From: Cyanophora paradoxa CCMP329
Lineage: Eukaryota > Plantae > Glaucophyta
NCBI GenBank assembly: GCA_004431415.1
Contig: QPMI01000580.1
Location: forward strand, 31,002-95,001
DNA length: 64,000 bases
Direction: 5' to 3'
Position numbers and translations under genes: made by a program. Under the pieces are notes generated by a model. That model was given only the letters and a program-made list of their open reading frames with translations. It was not told the origin of the DNA and searched no databases. How positions within the stretch are numbered: position 1 is the stretch's first letter; each line of letters opens with the position of its first letter. Positions 26,613 to 37,573 of this stretch are shown in pieces.

Positions 26613-28083
26613 TTAACGGGGGAAGACGACCTGCGAGCCGGGTCAGGGTCACGGGCGCGGGGGAGGCGGGGGCAGAGGAGGGCACCTGGTCGAGCCGCCG
26701 GTCGTGCTTGTCCATGGGTACGCGGTCCACCTCCTGGACGCCGAGCGCCAGGCCCACTGCGGCCCGGGCTCGGGCCCGGGAGGGGGGGCGGGCGGAGGGC
26801 GAGCGCGGGGCGGCGCACTGGTGAAGGGCCGGGGCTTCCCGAGCTTCGCGGCGGCCGCCTCGCAGCGCTCGAGGTACCGGTCGTAAAAGCTGCGTGCGGG
26901 CCGGCGTCGGCGGGGGCCGGGAGGGTGGGGAGCGGGGGGCGCGGGGTCGGCGGACCCCTTGCCGCGGCCGATGCGGCCCCCGCGGCGGTCGAAGCCGAGG
27001 CCGGGTACCAGGATGAGGTCCAGGCCCTCCTCGAAGGCTGCGGCAGGGAGCGGTGGGCGGCGCTGCACAGGGAGGGGCCGGGAGGGGCGCGCACCGTTCA
27101 CGCGGGGCGAGCCGTCCTCGCGCGTCTCCGCCGGCTCGCTCAGCGCGTACTCGTGCTCGTCCCCGGAGGCGACCTGCGCGGCGGCGGGCGGTGTCGGCGC
27201 GTGAGAGGCGCGGCGGGGGCGGCGGGGGCGGGGGCGCCTCGGAGAGCGAGTCGATGCGGAGGAGCTCCATGGAGCAGTCCGCCATGTTCGTCCGCGGCAC
27301 GTACGCGTACTTCCCCGAGCCTGCCGCCCCGCTCAGCGCGCGGCCCGAGGCGGGGCGGGCCCGGGCGGGGCGCACCGGGGCGGAGGAGGTCCTGCAGCAC
27401 CACGTACGTCGAGAGCTCCGAGGGGAGCGGCACGTACACGCCCACGTGCTTCGCGCGGCGGTACGCGTCCGAGCGAAGCACAGCTTCACACACCGCGCGC
27501 GCTGCCGGGCGCGGCGTCAGGAGAGGCGCGGCCTGCGTGACGGGGCGGGCATTGCGAACAGTCGGCCTCGAGCTCTTGGGGAGTCATCGCTTTCAGGGAG
27601 GCGCGGAAGCGCTTCCTGAGCTCCTTTTTCATTTCAACGACGTCCGGGAGCACCGCCGCCTGGCGCTCGAGGAGGAAGGCCCGCTGCTCGGCGACCACGA
27701 GCTCCGGCTCCGCCGTGCGGGTCGCCGGCTCCGCGGTGACGGGCGCATCTGCGTTGCAGAGCTATAGAAAGGATGTGGGAGCTTGACGGAGGCCGGTGCT
27801 CGCACCGTCCGGGAGCTCAGCTATCGTACGCGCAGGGCGGCCCATAATGCGACCCTGGCTGGTGGTGCTACCGAGGAACCGCTTCTGGACGAAGGAAGAG
27901 CTTAGATGCGCAGTTTTCTTCGCTGCGGGCCTCGCGGGCGCTGTCCCCACTGCGGGAGAGCGCGAGCGTGAGGTTTGGGTTGAGCTCGGGGCACGTCGTG
28001 GGCGAGGGCGCACCACTTGGTACCACGCTCAGGGTGTTGGGGCGCAGCCGGAACGCAGGGACGGGCGCCAGGAACCCGTGCAT
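26613..28083 (-). CDS. MTHFS: 5-formyltetrahydrofolate cyclo-ligase, probably with an N-terminal organellar transit peptide
   Basis: [55 protein letters not shown]. The upstream MHGFLAPVPAFR start is inferred. Confidence 0.88.
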
Positions 28084-28207
28084 GGCCGGAGAAGCAATAA
28101 CGCGGGGAGCTGTACCCCCCAACAAAACTCCGACTCCGAGGCTCTGTCAACTCTACCCAGAGTTCCTGCGTCGCGTACCTCGTTCTCTTCTTCTCTCCAC
28201 CGCAACC

Positions 28208-28430
28208 ATGGGCAAGGATTTTTCCGCCAAGAAGTCCAAGGGCAAGAACGCCGTCCAGGACGAGGAGAACCAGCAGGTGAGGTCGACGTCATGCGAATTT
28301 TAAGCCGGTACTGCGACGGCCGGGCGGCTTCTGACAACGACCCTTCACCTTCGAATCCGCATGCGCAGATCACCGAGCAGGACCTGGCGGACGTCGCCCT
28401 CGTCGCCGCCTTCGACGGGTCTGAGACCCA
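28208..28430 (+). pseudogene. 5' end of a host gene interrupted in exon 2 by the insertion stack
   Basis: MGKDFSAKKSKGKNAVQDEENQQ, then a GT..AG intron, then ITEQDLADVALVAAFDGSET(H), then abruptly non-coding repeat DNA. Confidence 0.6.
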
Positions 28431-29362
28431 CTAGTAAAAGGGGGGTCGCCGGAGCCTGTTTCAGCCTGATTAATATCAGGCTAGCCTGATTCGAAAACAG
28501 GCTGGAATCAGGCTGAGCCGCCAGCCTGAATCCAGCCTGATTGCCAAACAGGCTAGCCTGATTTCTTTACAGGCTGGACTCCAGCCTGCACCCAAGCCTA
28601 ATTCGAATAGTTATCAGGCTGGAGTCGGCTGGTCAGGCTGAATCAGGCTGAGCACGGCGCGGCCGCTCCCCTCGATCCTCGATGAAGGTACGCGCTCCTC
28701 CCGGCCGGCCGCTCGCCGGCGCCCGATCCCGGCCGAGGCCCGCTCGCCCTTGCTGACTCGCGGTTCCAGATCTTTGCCTGCTTCGAGGCGTGCAGCCCCG
28801 CGCGACTTCGCCTCGCGATCCTCGATGAAGGTACGCGCTCCTCCCGGCCGGCCGCTCGCCGGCGCCCGATCCCGGCCGAGGCCCGCTCGCCCTTGCTGAC
28901 TCGCGGTTCCAGATCTTTGCCTGCTTCGAGGCGTGCAGCCCCGCGCGACTTCGCCTCGCGATCCTCGATGAAGGTACGCGCTCCTCCCGGCCGGCTGCTC
29001 GCCGGCGCCCGATCCCGGCCGAGGCCCGCTCGCCCTTGCTGACTCGCGGCCCCAGATCTCGCATGCGGGCGACTGGCAGCACAAGCTGCGACGTTCGATG
29101 TGGATGCGCATTGGCGACCGCCGCCCTCCAGCGCTCCCTTGCTCCCCCGGCGCTACGGGCAGCGCGACGAGGCTAATTGTAATGTCTGGTTTAGTTTCAG
29201 TTATTGAATGTTTAGTGCGTTTAGATGTAGAACAGCGCTTTTCGTATGTGCAATTCGAGTTCGGATGCTTCTACGTGTGCTGGCGCGGTGCTGGGGGCGG
29301 GGCGGGGGGTAGCAAGCCTGAAATAAGCCTGATTCAAGCCTGATGTTCAAGCCTGTTTGAAA
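28429..29362. mobile_element. Putative non-autonomous class II transposon (CACTA- or hAT-like), truncated by PLV-A1
   Basis: Starts CACTAGTAAAAGGGGGG. About 15 copies of AGCCTG/CAGGCT occur in both orientations at 28453-28650 and the motif resumes at 29313-29357. No transposase. The right end is not in view. Confidence 0.5.
28673..29058. repeat. 143-bp tandem repeat, ~2.7 copies
   Basis: CGATCCTCGATGAAGGTACG... starts at 28673, 28816 and 28959. Confidence 0.95.
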
Positions 29363-29622
29363 AAAAAATGAGAGAGGACCTGATTCTGTGGCCCACCCCT
29401 CTTCACCACCCTCACCTCTCCGAACCCACCCCAACCCACCCAATCCAGCGTCTTCCCAGCCATCACTCTCGCCAACCCTTCCGCTACGTCTACCGTCCTT
29501 CTCTCCCTCTGGTCTACCTCCCCTTCCATCCAGCAACCACTAGGTAGTATCTAACGTCTACTCCAATCGATCTTGCAAAAGATATAGCAGTGATTTGAGA
29601 CGGGCCCCCAACGCGACGGTCT
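29363..29622 (+). repeat. Left TIR of A1
   Basis: AAAAAATGAGAG..., then a pyrimidine-rich tract, ...GATATAGCAGTGA...GGGCCCCCAA; a diverged homolog of 35620-35889. Confidence 0.8.
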
Positions 29623-29919
29623 GCAGAGATAGCTTAATCAGCAGCTAGGCGTTAATACTGTGTTCTTCCTATCTAAATAGCGGAGAGGTTTCCAGGTTCT
29701 AGCTAGACGATAAAACTATATAATCGAAGCTGATTGCATATGCGAGTTTAGGTTCTAGTTAGTCAATAATACTGTGTGGATGATAGCGCCGGTCTTTGAA
29801 TCACCAAAGGGTCACCGCAATTGAGGTTTCTCTTATTTTGTCTTAAAGAGATCCCTTTCCAATATTGCTATGTGAAGTTGCGTTTGGAACAAGCAAAAAA
29901 ATTGTGATATATACTTCCA

Positions 29920-32900
29920 ATGGACGTTACCCAAAATAATGCAGCGACTCGGCGCTTCCGGTTGGCCAGAATCAAAGACCAGATCGAAGCGCTCGCGATT
30001 TCATTGTATAATCGACGCGTCATACATGGAGCTTTCAAAAATAAATTGATTAGAATTTCAGCACAAGGGTCGAGAACACGGTTTGCAACTTTGGAAAAGT
30101 ACGCTTCACTTTTGAACGAACTTGCAAGACTTCCTAGGCCAGCGCGTCCTGTGTCAGGTCGTCGACTAGAGCTGGCGATCGCAGAGGTGCAGGCAGAGAT
30201 CGTCCGTGGCTTTGCCGAGCTGCCTGAGGATGACGGTGGAAATGATGTTCAAATCAATGACGGAAATACTACAACAGCGCTTGACGGGCGATATGCGGAG
30301 TGGAAATACCAATTGCCTCGCGGTTCTGGCCGCGTAACATCAATGCAAGCTCGCTTCGAGAATTCTGAGCAGTTCAAACAGAATGCTATATCATTCGTAA
30401 GCGCCCAGGTAAATCTTGCAGAGGCGGTAAGAATGGGCATTGCACTACAAATCTCTGGATTGGGTGTCTACAGAAAGCCAGAGACAGATTCTACGATCGC
30501 TATCGTTATTGAACATCGTCGTTTCGATCGCATCGAGCCAGGGACAAGCATTGAGGCGGCCTTGCGTTCACAGCTCGAAGAATTAGACATGATCTCGGCA
30601 GAGAAAAGCAGGGATTCCTCAGTATTTGACACGTGGGTGTATCTGGTCTTTAAAACTGTGCGCTATTTCCGCAGGATTGGTGGCCGTGGCCGAGGCTTTG
30701 TACTGCCAAAGTGGCTCTCAGACAAGCACGCGCTTATCAATATAAATGCACCGAACAACGAGTGCTTTAAATACGCAGTCCTTGCTGCTCGCAATCCATT
30801 GGGCGAAGGTGTTGATTCTCGGCATGCAGGGAACTACCGCCAGCACGAGACATCGCTGGACTGCTCAATGCTTACATATCCGACCCCGCTTGACTCGAGG
30901 ATGTTCACCAAATTCGAGCAAGCAAATAACGTCAAGCTCTGCGTTTATACAACTGCTCTAGATAAGCAGGATATCATACCAATCCATATCAGTGCTGCGA
31001 GAGACGCAATCCCAATACTGTATGTGCCGGCTGGGGATGGAAACGATGTCGGGCATTACCTCTGGATTAAGAGCGTCTCACGACTGTTCCGAAAGAACGA
31101 ATCAAATGCAAAGCACTATTGCTTAGCCTGCCAGGTCGGTTTTAGCTCAGATCAAGCATTTGAAAATCATCTGAAATATGACCGTTGCCTTGATCGGGAT
31201 GAACACGCAAGAGATGTTCTGCCGGAGAAAGGAGCACATATCCAGAAGTTTATTAACTTTGAGTACTCAATCCGGCAACGTCTGGTCGGATATGCTGATT
31301 CAGAGACGATTACAATGCCAATTCCCTGCATTAGTGGAAAGACCGAAAAGAAAGGTGTGCATGTGATTGCTTCAGTCGGCTGTCTGGTTGTATCTTCAAA
31401 AGGTGAACAGTTTTGTTTCAAATACATGGGTTCGGAGAGCGAGGACTGCACTGAGAAGTTCGTGCAATGGTTGGACGAAATGGAACCACAATTCCGAGAG
31501 CTTTTGCGAGAGACTGCACCAATCCAGATTACTCAGGAAGAGGAGCAGCGTTTTCAAACGACGACCGAGTGCTACATGTGCAAGAACACGTTCAAGGATG
31601 CGAAAGACAAGCACCGTGATCACTGCCACGAATCTGGCCGATATTTCGGGGCTGCCTGCAGAGCTTGCAATCGACGCCGCGCGAAATCAGCTGCTGTTCC
31701 ATTATTCTGGCACAACGGTCGAGGATTTGACTTCCACCTGCTCGTACGTGCTCTAGCATCTGGCTATAACCGTCGTTTAGCAGCTTGGAAGGAGTTTCAA
31801 GCGCATGTCGAAAGCGAGTTTGAAAGCAAGTACGGTGGGCGTGAGATGACCCCAGAGCAGAAAAAGAAGGCGAAGAAGGGGCTCGAACGCCGGCTCCGCC
31901 CGCAGAGTCTCCTTTCGATAAAATTCGATCAGGTCTTCCAGAATAGCGAGCGAATTTCGCAGTTCAAGTATGGAATTTACGTTCTACGGGACTCGGCTCA
32001 GCACTTGAATGCGAGCTTGGACGACCTTGCAAAGGCTCTGCCCGCGGAGAAGAAGAAGATCACGCGCTCGCTGTATCTGGACGAGACTCGGTTCAAGCTG
32101 ATGACTAGCAAAGGGATTTACCCTTATGACTACATGACGAGCTGGGCTCGCTTTCAGGAGTCTAAACTGCCTGCACGTCGTTATTTCAAAAATCAGCTTA
32201 AACAGAAGAAATGCACGAAAGATGAGTACGCACATGCGAAGGCTGTTTGGCGAGAGCTCGGCTGCAGAACGCTATCAGGCTATACAATGGAGTATATGAT
32301 GACAGATATCGCGTTACTAGCTGACGTGTTTGAAAACTATCGTGATACGTGTATTGAAACGTATGGCCTAGATCCTAGCTATTTTATGTCATCGCCGGGA
32401 TTTGCTTGGCAGGCAGCACTTAAGCACACTGGAGTGAAGCTCGAGCTCTTTCACGAGGGGCAGCAGGATATGCACAGATTTATAGAATCCGGGATCAGGG
32501 GCGGAATCTCAATGATCTCAAAACGCTACGCACGAGCTGAGAACAAATATTTGAGCATAAAGTTCAACAAGTACACCCACGCTGTTGAGCCTACAGTCTC
32601 ACAGTCTACATGCATTTCTAACTACTACCGAACACACAAGGAATCGTGGCTCATGTACCTCGATGCAAACAACTTGTACGGCGTCGCAATGAAGCGCAAG
32701 CTACCCACAGGAGATTTCCGCTGGGATAAACTAGATCAAGACGTTGATGTAATGCAGTACGTTGCAAGCCTTGACGCGGATGGAGCTCGTGGCTATGCTC
32801 TCGAAGTCGATATGTACATGCCTGAGCATCTCCATGACGAGTTCTCAGACTATCCGCTGGCCCCTGAACGGATGTGTGTGTCCAAGGAACACCTATCAAA

Positions 32901-33977
32901 GCGACAACAGGATATGATTAACGACGAGAAGCTTACCTCAGTTGAACGAACTCCAAAGCTCGTTCCAAATCTGCTTCCAAAAAAGAATTATGTTGTTGAT
33001 GGACGCTTGCTTCAGCTCTATACGTCACTGGGAATGATAGTAACCAACATCCATCGGATCCTATCGTACGAACAAAGCGCATGGCTAGGGCGTTTCATAG
33101 ATCTCAATACTCAAAAACGTAAAGAATCGCAGTTCACATACCAGAAGGACCTTTACAAGTTGATGAACAACAGTGTCTTTGGCAAAACAATGGAGAACGT
33201 GAGAAAGCACTGCTTTTCAGAGCTTGTGACTTCGGGAGACCGTCTGGTGAAGATCAACAGCGAACCAAATCGGTTGAAGCAGGTGGTGATGTACGAAGAG
33301 AACCTTGTATTCGTTTCCAAGCGCAAAAGTGAGTACAATCTGAACAAACCTATCTACTGCGGGTTCGTCATCCTCGAACTTTCCAAGCTGCACATGTACC
33401 GCTTTTACTACCAGGTGCTCAAGCTGCTTTGGGGCCAGCGGCTGACACTATTAGGTACGGATACTGACAGTCTCATCATCGAGGTTCGCACCAAAGATAT
33501 CTATGCTGATTTACGCTCAATCAAGCATGAGCTGGATGTTAGCGACTACCCAGAGACACATCGATTCTTCGATGGCATGACAGCCGATGAGGTTCGAGCT
33601 CTACGATCGATGGGGAAAACTCCGGGATTATTCAAGGATGAGCTCCATGGTCTGCAAATGACAGAGTGGATCGCTAACCGGCCGAAATCTTACTATTATT
33701 CGCGTGAAGATTCCACGGACAAGCAGGTATGCAAGGGTATTCAAAAGACGTACTACAACAGACTCACAAGGGATGTATTCTTCCGGTGCGTCTGCCCTAA
33801 AGAGGGAGAAAAGCAATCGTATGACATCAAAGGAATTCTCGGTTTCCGCTCGAAACTACATGAGATTTATTTACAACGAACCTCGCGTCAGGCTCTACAT
33901 CCCTTGATACCAAACGCTTCCTCGAGACTGACGGGATCAACACCCGAGCGATTGGACATTATAAAAATCGCGCCTGA
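29920..33977 (+). CDS. Protein-primed family B DNA polymerase (A1); 1-nt frameshift near 33900
   Basis: ExoI YADSE, ExoII HNGRGFD, KGIYPY, YLDANNLYG, KLMNNSVFGK, TDTDS; N-terminal vOTU-like region, C2H2-like finger and DHCH EndoVII-like insert. The true stop (GHYKNRA*) is inferred from A2. Confidence 0.95.
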
Positions 33978-33986
33978 TTTACAAAG

Positions 33987-34934
33987 ATGTACCAGATTAC
34001 TGCGCCACCCGGTGCGTGGCAAATTGACGTGCTGTTCATTGGGAGATTTCGCCTGTTCGCAGCGGTCGAGATTGCAACCCGTTTCGCTGTGGTCCGTAAG
34101 CTCGAGACTTTTAAGCAGCTTCCAAAAATGATCGAGCAGCTACCTGGAATATGGGGCTTTTCAGGAGACAACGGCTTCAACACAGCAGCAATTCGGGAAA
34201 TGGCTGAAGAGAACTCGTTGAAAATGCACACTGATGTGGCTAAGGATGATCACATTTCAAAAGGCTCCAAGCTGGGAATTATCGACAGGTTCGCGAGGAC
34301 ATTGCGAGCACTGATTCAGACTGATACAGAAGCTCGTGGCTCCCGCATTTCCTCTCACGTTTGCCGGCAATTGTCAAGGCGTACAATGAAACAGCCCACA
34401 GCTCTTTCGGCGGGGAGCACTCACCAAAGTGGATGCGGGAAAATACACAGGTAGCCGAGCAGCTGCATCAAGTTAGACAGCGACAGAACGATATTGAACG
34501 AGACAATTCGAACATACCGCGCACAGGGACCGAAGTGCAAGTCCTGGAGCCGAAGCCAAGCGTTTTTGCGAAGGGAACCACAAAGCCAAGCAAGGAGACG
34601 TACATAGTTGCTGGCGCAGACAAGAACCGTGTTCGACTCGTTACAAAACAGGGTGTGGAAATTTCTAGACGTGTTAAACCATCGGAATACGTCAACCGCG
34701 TGAGCTTGCACCTCAAACACGAATCGAAAAAGAAGAAGTGCAAATGCGACAGCAGAGACGATTGAGACGTGAGGGTTTGATCGAAACAAAAAAATACAGC
34801 GGTCAAAGCCGCAGTATCGAGAGCTCAAGAAGCTTGAGATTGCAGGGGAGCCAAAGCTACGAGCAGGTGCTAAAGCTGCATCACCTCGAGCTCTACAGAA
34901 GCTCCGCTCTTCGCGAGGCATCTACGCGCAATAG
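33987..34934 (+). CDS. rve-type retroviral-like integrase (A1), frameshifted
   Basis: Near-identical to the intact A2 ORF 41595-42545 but broken by 1-nt deletions. Confidence 0.85.
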
Positions 34935-35213
34935 CATTCCTGTGGTACTCCCGGATCCTATCAGGATTCTCAGCTCGATACTTCGCTGTGATGGCAAGCT
35001 GTTTCAAACGGTATGTTTCGTTCGTGTGGCGCAGTTTGCGATTGCGTTCAGCATTCTTTCTGCGTCGCTCTGCTAAAATCTCCGGGGTGACCTCCATCGG
35101 TTTAGGCCCCTTCTTCTTCGGCTGATAAGGCTCCATTGTTAAAAGACGAACCTTAGGGGTCGCCCACGGCCACGTTTAACCGCAACGCAATCCGCAGTAA
35201 TTGCAGAAGTCAT
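34870..35213 (-). CDS. Small basic AT-hook protein (A1), one frameshift
   Basis: MTSAITAD..KRGRGRP.. followed by the basic helical ORF 34870-35136. Confidence 0.65.
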
Positions 35214-35344
35214 TGTTCGGTTTGTCTCTCAATAATAAGAGACATAAATCCTTTTAAGACAAATTAGCGCGACTTTTAAGTCTTAAAGATAATGCAAACT
35301 GTAAATGTAACGAAAAAGTCGCAGACAAGCAGCTCGCTGCGCAG

Positions 35345-35619
35345 ATGGAGGTCATCGTTCCAGATGTTCCAGAGGGAGCTGCTTTGATTCCGTTAGGCGG
35401 TATTCGCAATCGGCGCAAAGTAATCGTCGCCTACGCTTTTGTATCACAGGATGATGCTGATCGAGTGCTGGAGAAACGATGGTGTTTGAACAATGGTTAT
35501 ACCTCGAGCAAGATCAATGGAAAGAATATGTATTTGCATACGTTCATTGTTGGGAGACTTGAGAATGACCTTACTTCATTGTTGGGAGACTTGAGAATGA
35601 CCTTACTGTAGATCACATT
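35345..35619 (+). pseudogene. HNH-AP2 endonuclease of A1, 5' half
   Basis: MEVIVPDVPEG...YLHTFI...VDHI, homologous to A2 41184-40654. Also carries a 32-bp tandem duplication at 35543-35606. Confidence 0.9.
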
Positions 35620-35889
35620 AAAAAATGAGAGTACCCCCATCGGGGTGGGCCCGCCCTCTTCACCACCCTCACCTCTCCAGACCTACCCCAACGCACCCAC
35701 TCCAGCGCCTTCCCAGCCCTCATTCTTTCCCACTCTCTCGCTACGTCTACCGCCCTTCTCTCCCTCTGGTCTGCCTCCCCTTCCATCCAGCAACCGCTAG
35801 GTAGTATCTGGTGTCTAGGTCGATCGATAATGCAAAACGATATAGCAGTGAATTGAGGCGGGCCCCCAAACGCGCCGGTCTGTGAATCA
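35620..35889 (+). repeat. Left TIR of A2
   Basis: Imperfect reverse complement of 46730-47030. Confidence 0.92.
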
Positions 35890-35936
35890 GCGATCTGACA
35901 CCTATGAGTGAGGTTGCCTATAGCTAGAAGCTTGGA

Positions 35937-36350
35937 GATCTTGGACGTGAACTTTTGTCCAAAGTCACTAGGCGACCTTGGACGTGAACTTTTGTCCAAA
36001 GTCACGAACTCCAAAACGCCACCCAAGTAAACTAGCAATTCGTGCAGGCGTCTCCTATAGTGCAAACGAGGCTATACTAGAGGTCGGATCGTGCAAAACA
36101 TGCGTTGGGATGTGCCAGCAGGGTTGAGGATCTTGGACGTGAACTTTTGTCCAAAGTCACGAACTCCAGAACGACACCCAAGTCAGCTAGCAACTCGTGC
36201 AGACATCTCCAATAGTGCAAACGAGGCTATACTAGAGGTTGGATTGTGCAAAACATGCGTTGGGATGTGCCAGCAGGGTTGAGGATCTTGGACGTGAACT
36301 TTTGTCCAAAGTCGCTTAGCGACCTCTGGACGTGAACATTTGTCCAAAGT
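35937..36350. repeat. 155-bp tandem duplication plus 5 copies of the hyphenated palindrome TTGGAC-N10-GTCCAA
   Basis: Motif at 35941, 35978, 36133, 36288 and a variant at ~36326. Confidence 0.9.
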
Positions 36351-36382
36351 ACTTGTGGACATGCCTCGAAGTTTTTTAAAAA

Positions 36383-36578
36383 ATAGATATAACCTATGGG
36401 CATTGCCCAGAAGTATTAAAAGAATAGATATTACCTATAGGCATTGCCCAGAAGTATTAAAAGAATAGATATCACCTATGGGCATTGCCCAGAAGTATTA
36501 AAAGAATAGATATTACCTTTGGGCATTGCCCAGAAGTATTAAAAGAATAGATATTACCTATGGGCATTGCCCAGAAGT
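36383..36578. repeat. 41-bp tandem repeat x5 with TGGGCA-T-TGCCCA palindrome
   Basis: ATAGATAT.ACCTATGGGCATTGCCCAGAAGTATTAAAAGA with 41-bp period. Confidence 0.95.
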
Positions 36579-36608
36579 TACTTAATATATATTAATACTT
36601 CTGGACAT

Positions 36609-36844
36609 TGCCAGCATAGAAGTTTAGAAACTAATATTTCACTTTTATGCCAGCATAGAAGTTTAGAAACTAATATTTCACTTTTATGCCAGCATAGAAG
36701 TTTAGAAACTAATACTTCACTTTTATGCCAGCATAGAAGTTTAGAAACTAATACTTCACTTTTATGCCAGCATAGAAGTTTAGAAACTAATACTTCACTT
36801 TTATGCCAGCATAGAAGTTTAGAAACTAATACTTCACTTTTATG
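36609..36844. repeat. 39-bp tandem repeat x6
   Basis: TGCCAGCATAGAAGTTTAGAAACTAATA(T/C)TTCACTTTTA. Confidence 0.95.
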
Positions 36845-36899
36845 CTAGCTTACTGTAATTCGACCATTTTTCGGGTAATACTTTCTCTGCGCCACTCGG

Positions 36900-37547
36900 T
36901 CACTCCCAGCGATGCCGGAGCCCTAGCTTAGTGAAGCCGCTCAGCATTGGCTTGTACTCGATCGCCGGCCCGACAGGATCAGCACTGCTAGAGGCGATGC
37001 GCAGGATCGATGCGTTAGCTACGGGCAGCTCGCTAGCATTCTCATCGACCTCAGGGATCGCAACGATCGTCTTGGCAGGAACAGCAGCTGCAGGAGGGGC
37101 AACCTTCTTCTCGATCTTTGTCTTCGTGATCGGTTCATTTAAAATCTTGTTTTCCATCTTAGTCTCAGCCGCGATGCCAGCTATAAGGTCACTAGCTCGC
37201 TTCTTTGAAACTGTCTTAAGACCGGTCACAGTTTTAATGAAATACCTGCTACGATTAGCCGTCTCTGAGATGTACAGCGGCCCATCGTCAGTATCCTTTA
37301 GCTTGCTAGTCTTGGTCTTCTTAGTCCGCGAATTCGGGATCTTATCAAGAATAGCGTTCTCGTCGGCGGTAAGAGCGTAATCGATGGATGCACCCTCACC
37401 GCCACCAGCGCGACGGACTAGCGGGTAAGCACCAGTATCACCACTCAAGAACTCGATGTGATTCTTCTTAGTAGGGCTGGAAGCGACTTCAAGCTGCGGA
37501 GTGCGCAGCCGAGACTGCATGTCTGTCGACTTCTTTCGCGGAGGCAT
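36900..37547 (-). CDS. Hypothetical Lys-rich viral protein (A2)
   Basis: 215-aa ATG ORF (MPPRKK...) just downstream of the penton gene. No recognisable family. Confidence 0.7.
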   Translation of the reverse strand: MPPRKKSTDMQSRLRTPQLEVASSPTKKNHIEFLSGDTGAYPLVRRAGGGEGASIDYALTADENAILDKIPNSRTKKTKTSKLKDTDDGPLYISETANRSRYFIKTVTGLKTVSKKRASDLIAGIAAETKMENKILNEPITKTKIEKKVAPPAAAVPAKTIVAIPEVDENASELPVANASILRIASSSADPVGPAIEYKPMLSGFTKLGLRHRWE

Positions 37548-37573
37548 CTTTTAACTAAGCAGTGGGAAAAAAC

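Noticed and set aside
2184-27767. Numerous long Arg/Pro/Gly/Ala-rich ORFs
   Set aside because: Shadow ORFs expected in very GC-rich DNA, overlapping recognisable spliced genes.
28208-28430. Assigning the interrupted gene to WDR43/Utp5
   Set aside because: Only ~44 codons are visible and the resemblance is too weak to support.
33900-34131. C-terminal extension of A1 pPolB (1403 aa) or a pPolB-INT fusion
   Set aside because: Caused by a 1-nt deletion relative to A2; the extension is out of frame with INT.
36383-36844. CRISPR array
   Set aside because: Units are contiguous near-identical tandem repeats with no unique spacers, and no cas genes are present.
36567-36848. 93-aa repeat protein (LCQHRSLETN)
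   Set aside because: Stop-free reading of the 39-bp tandem repeat with no ATG start.
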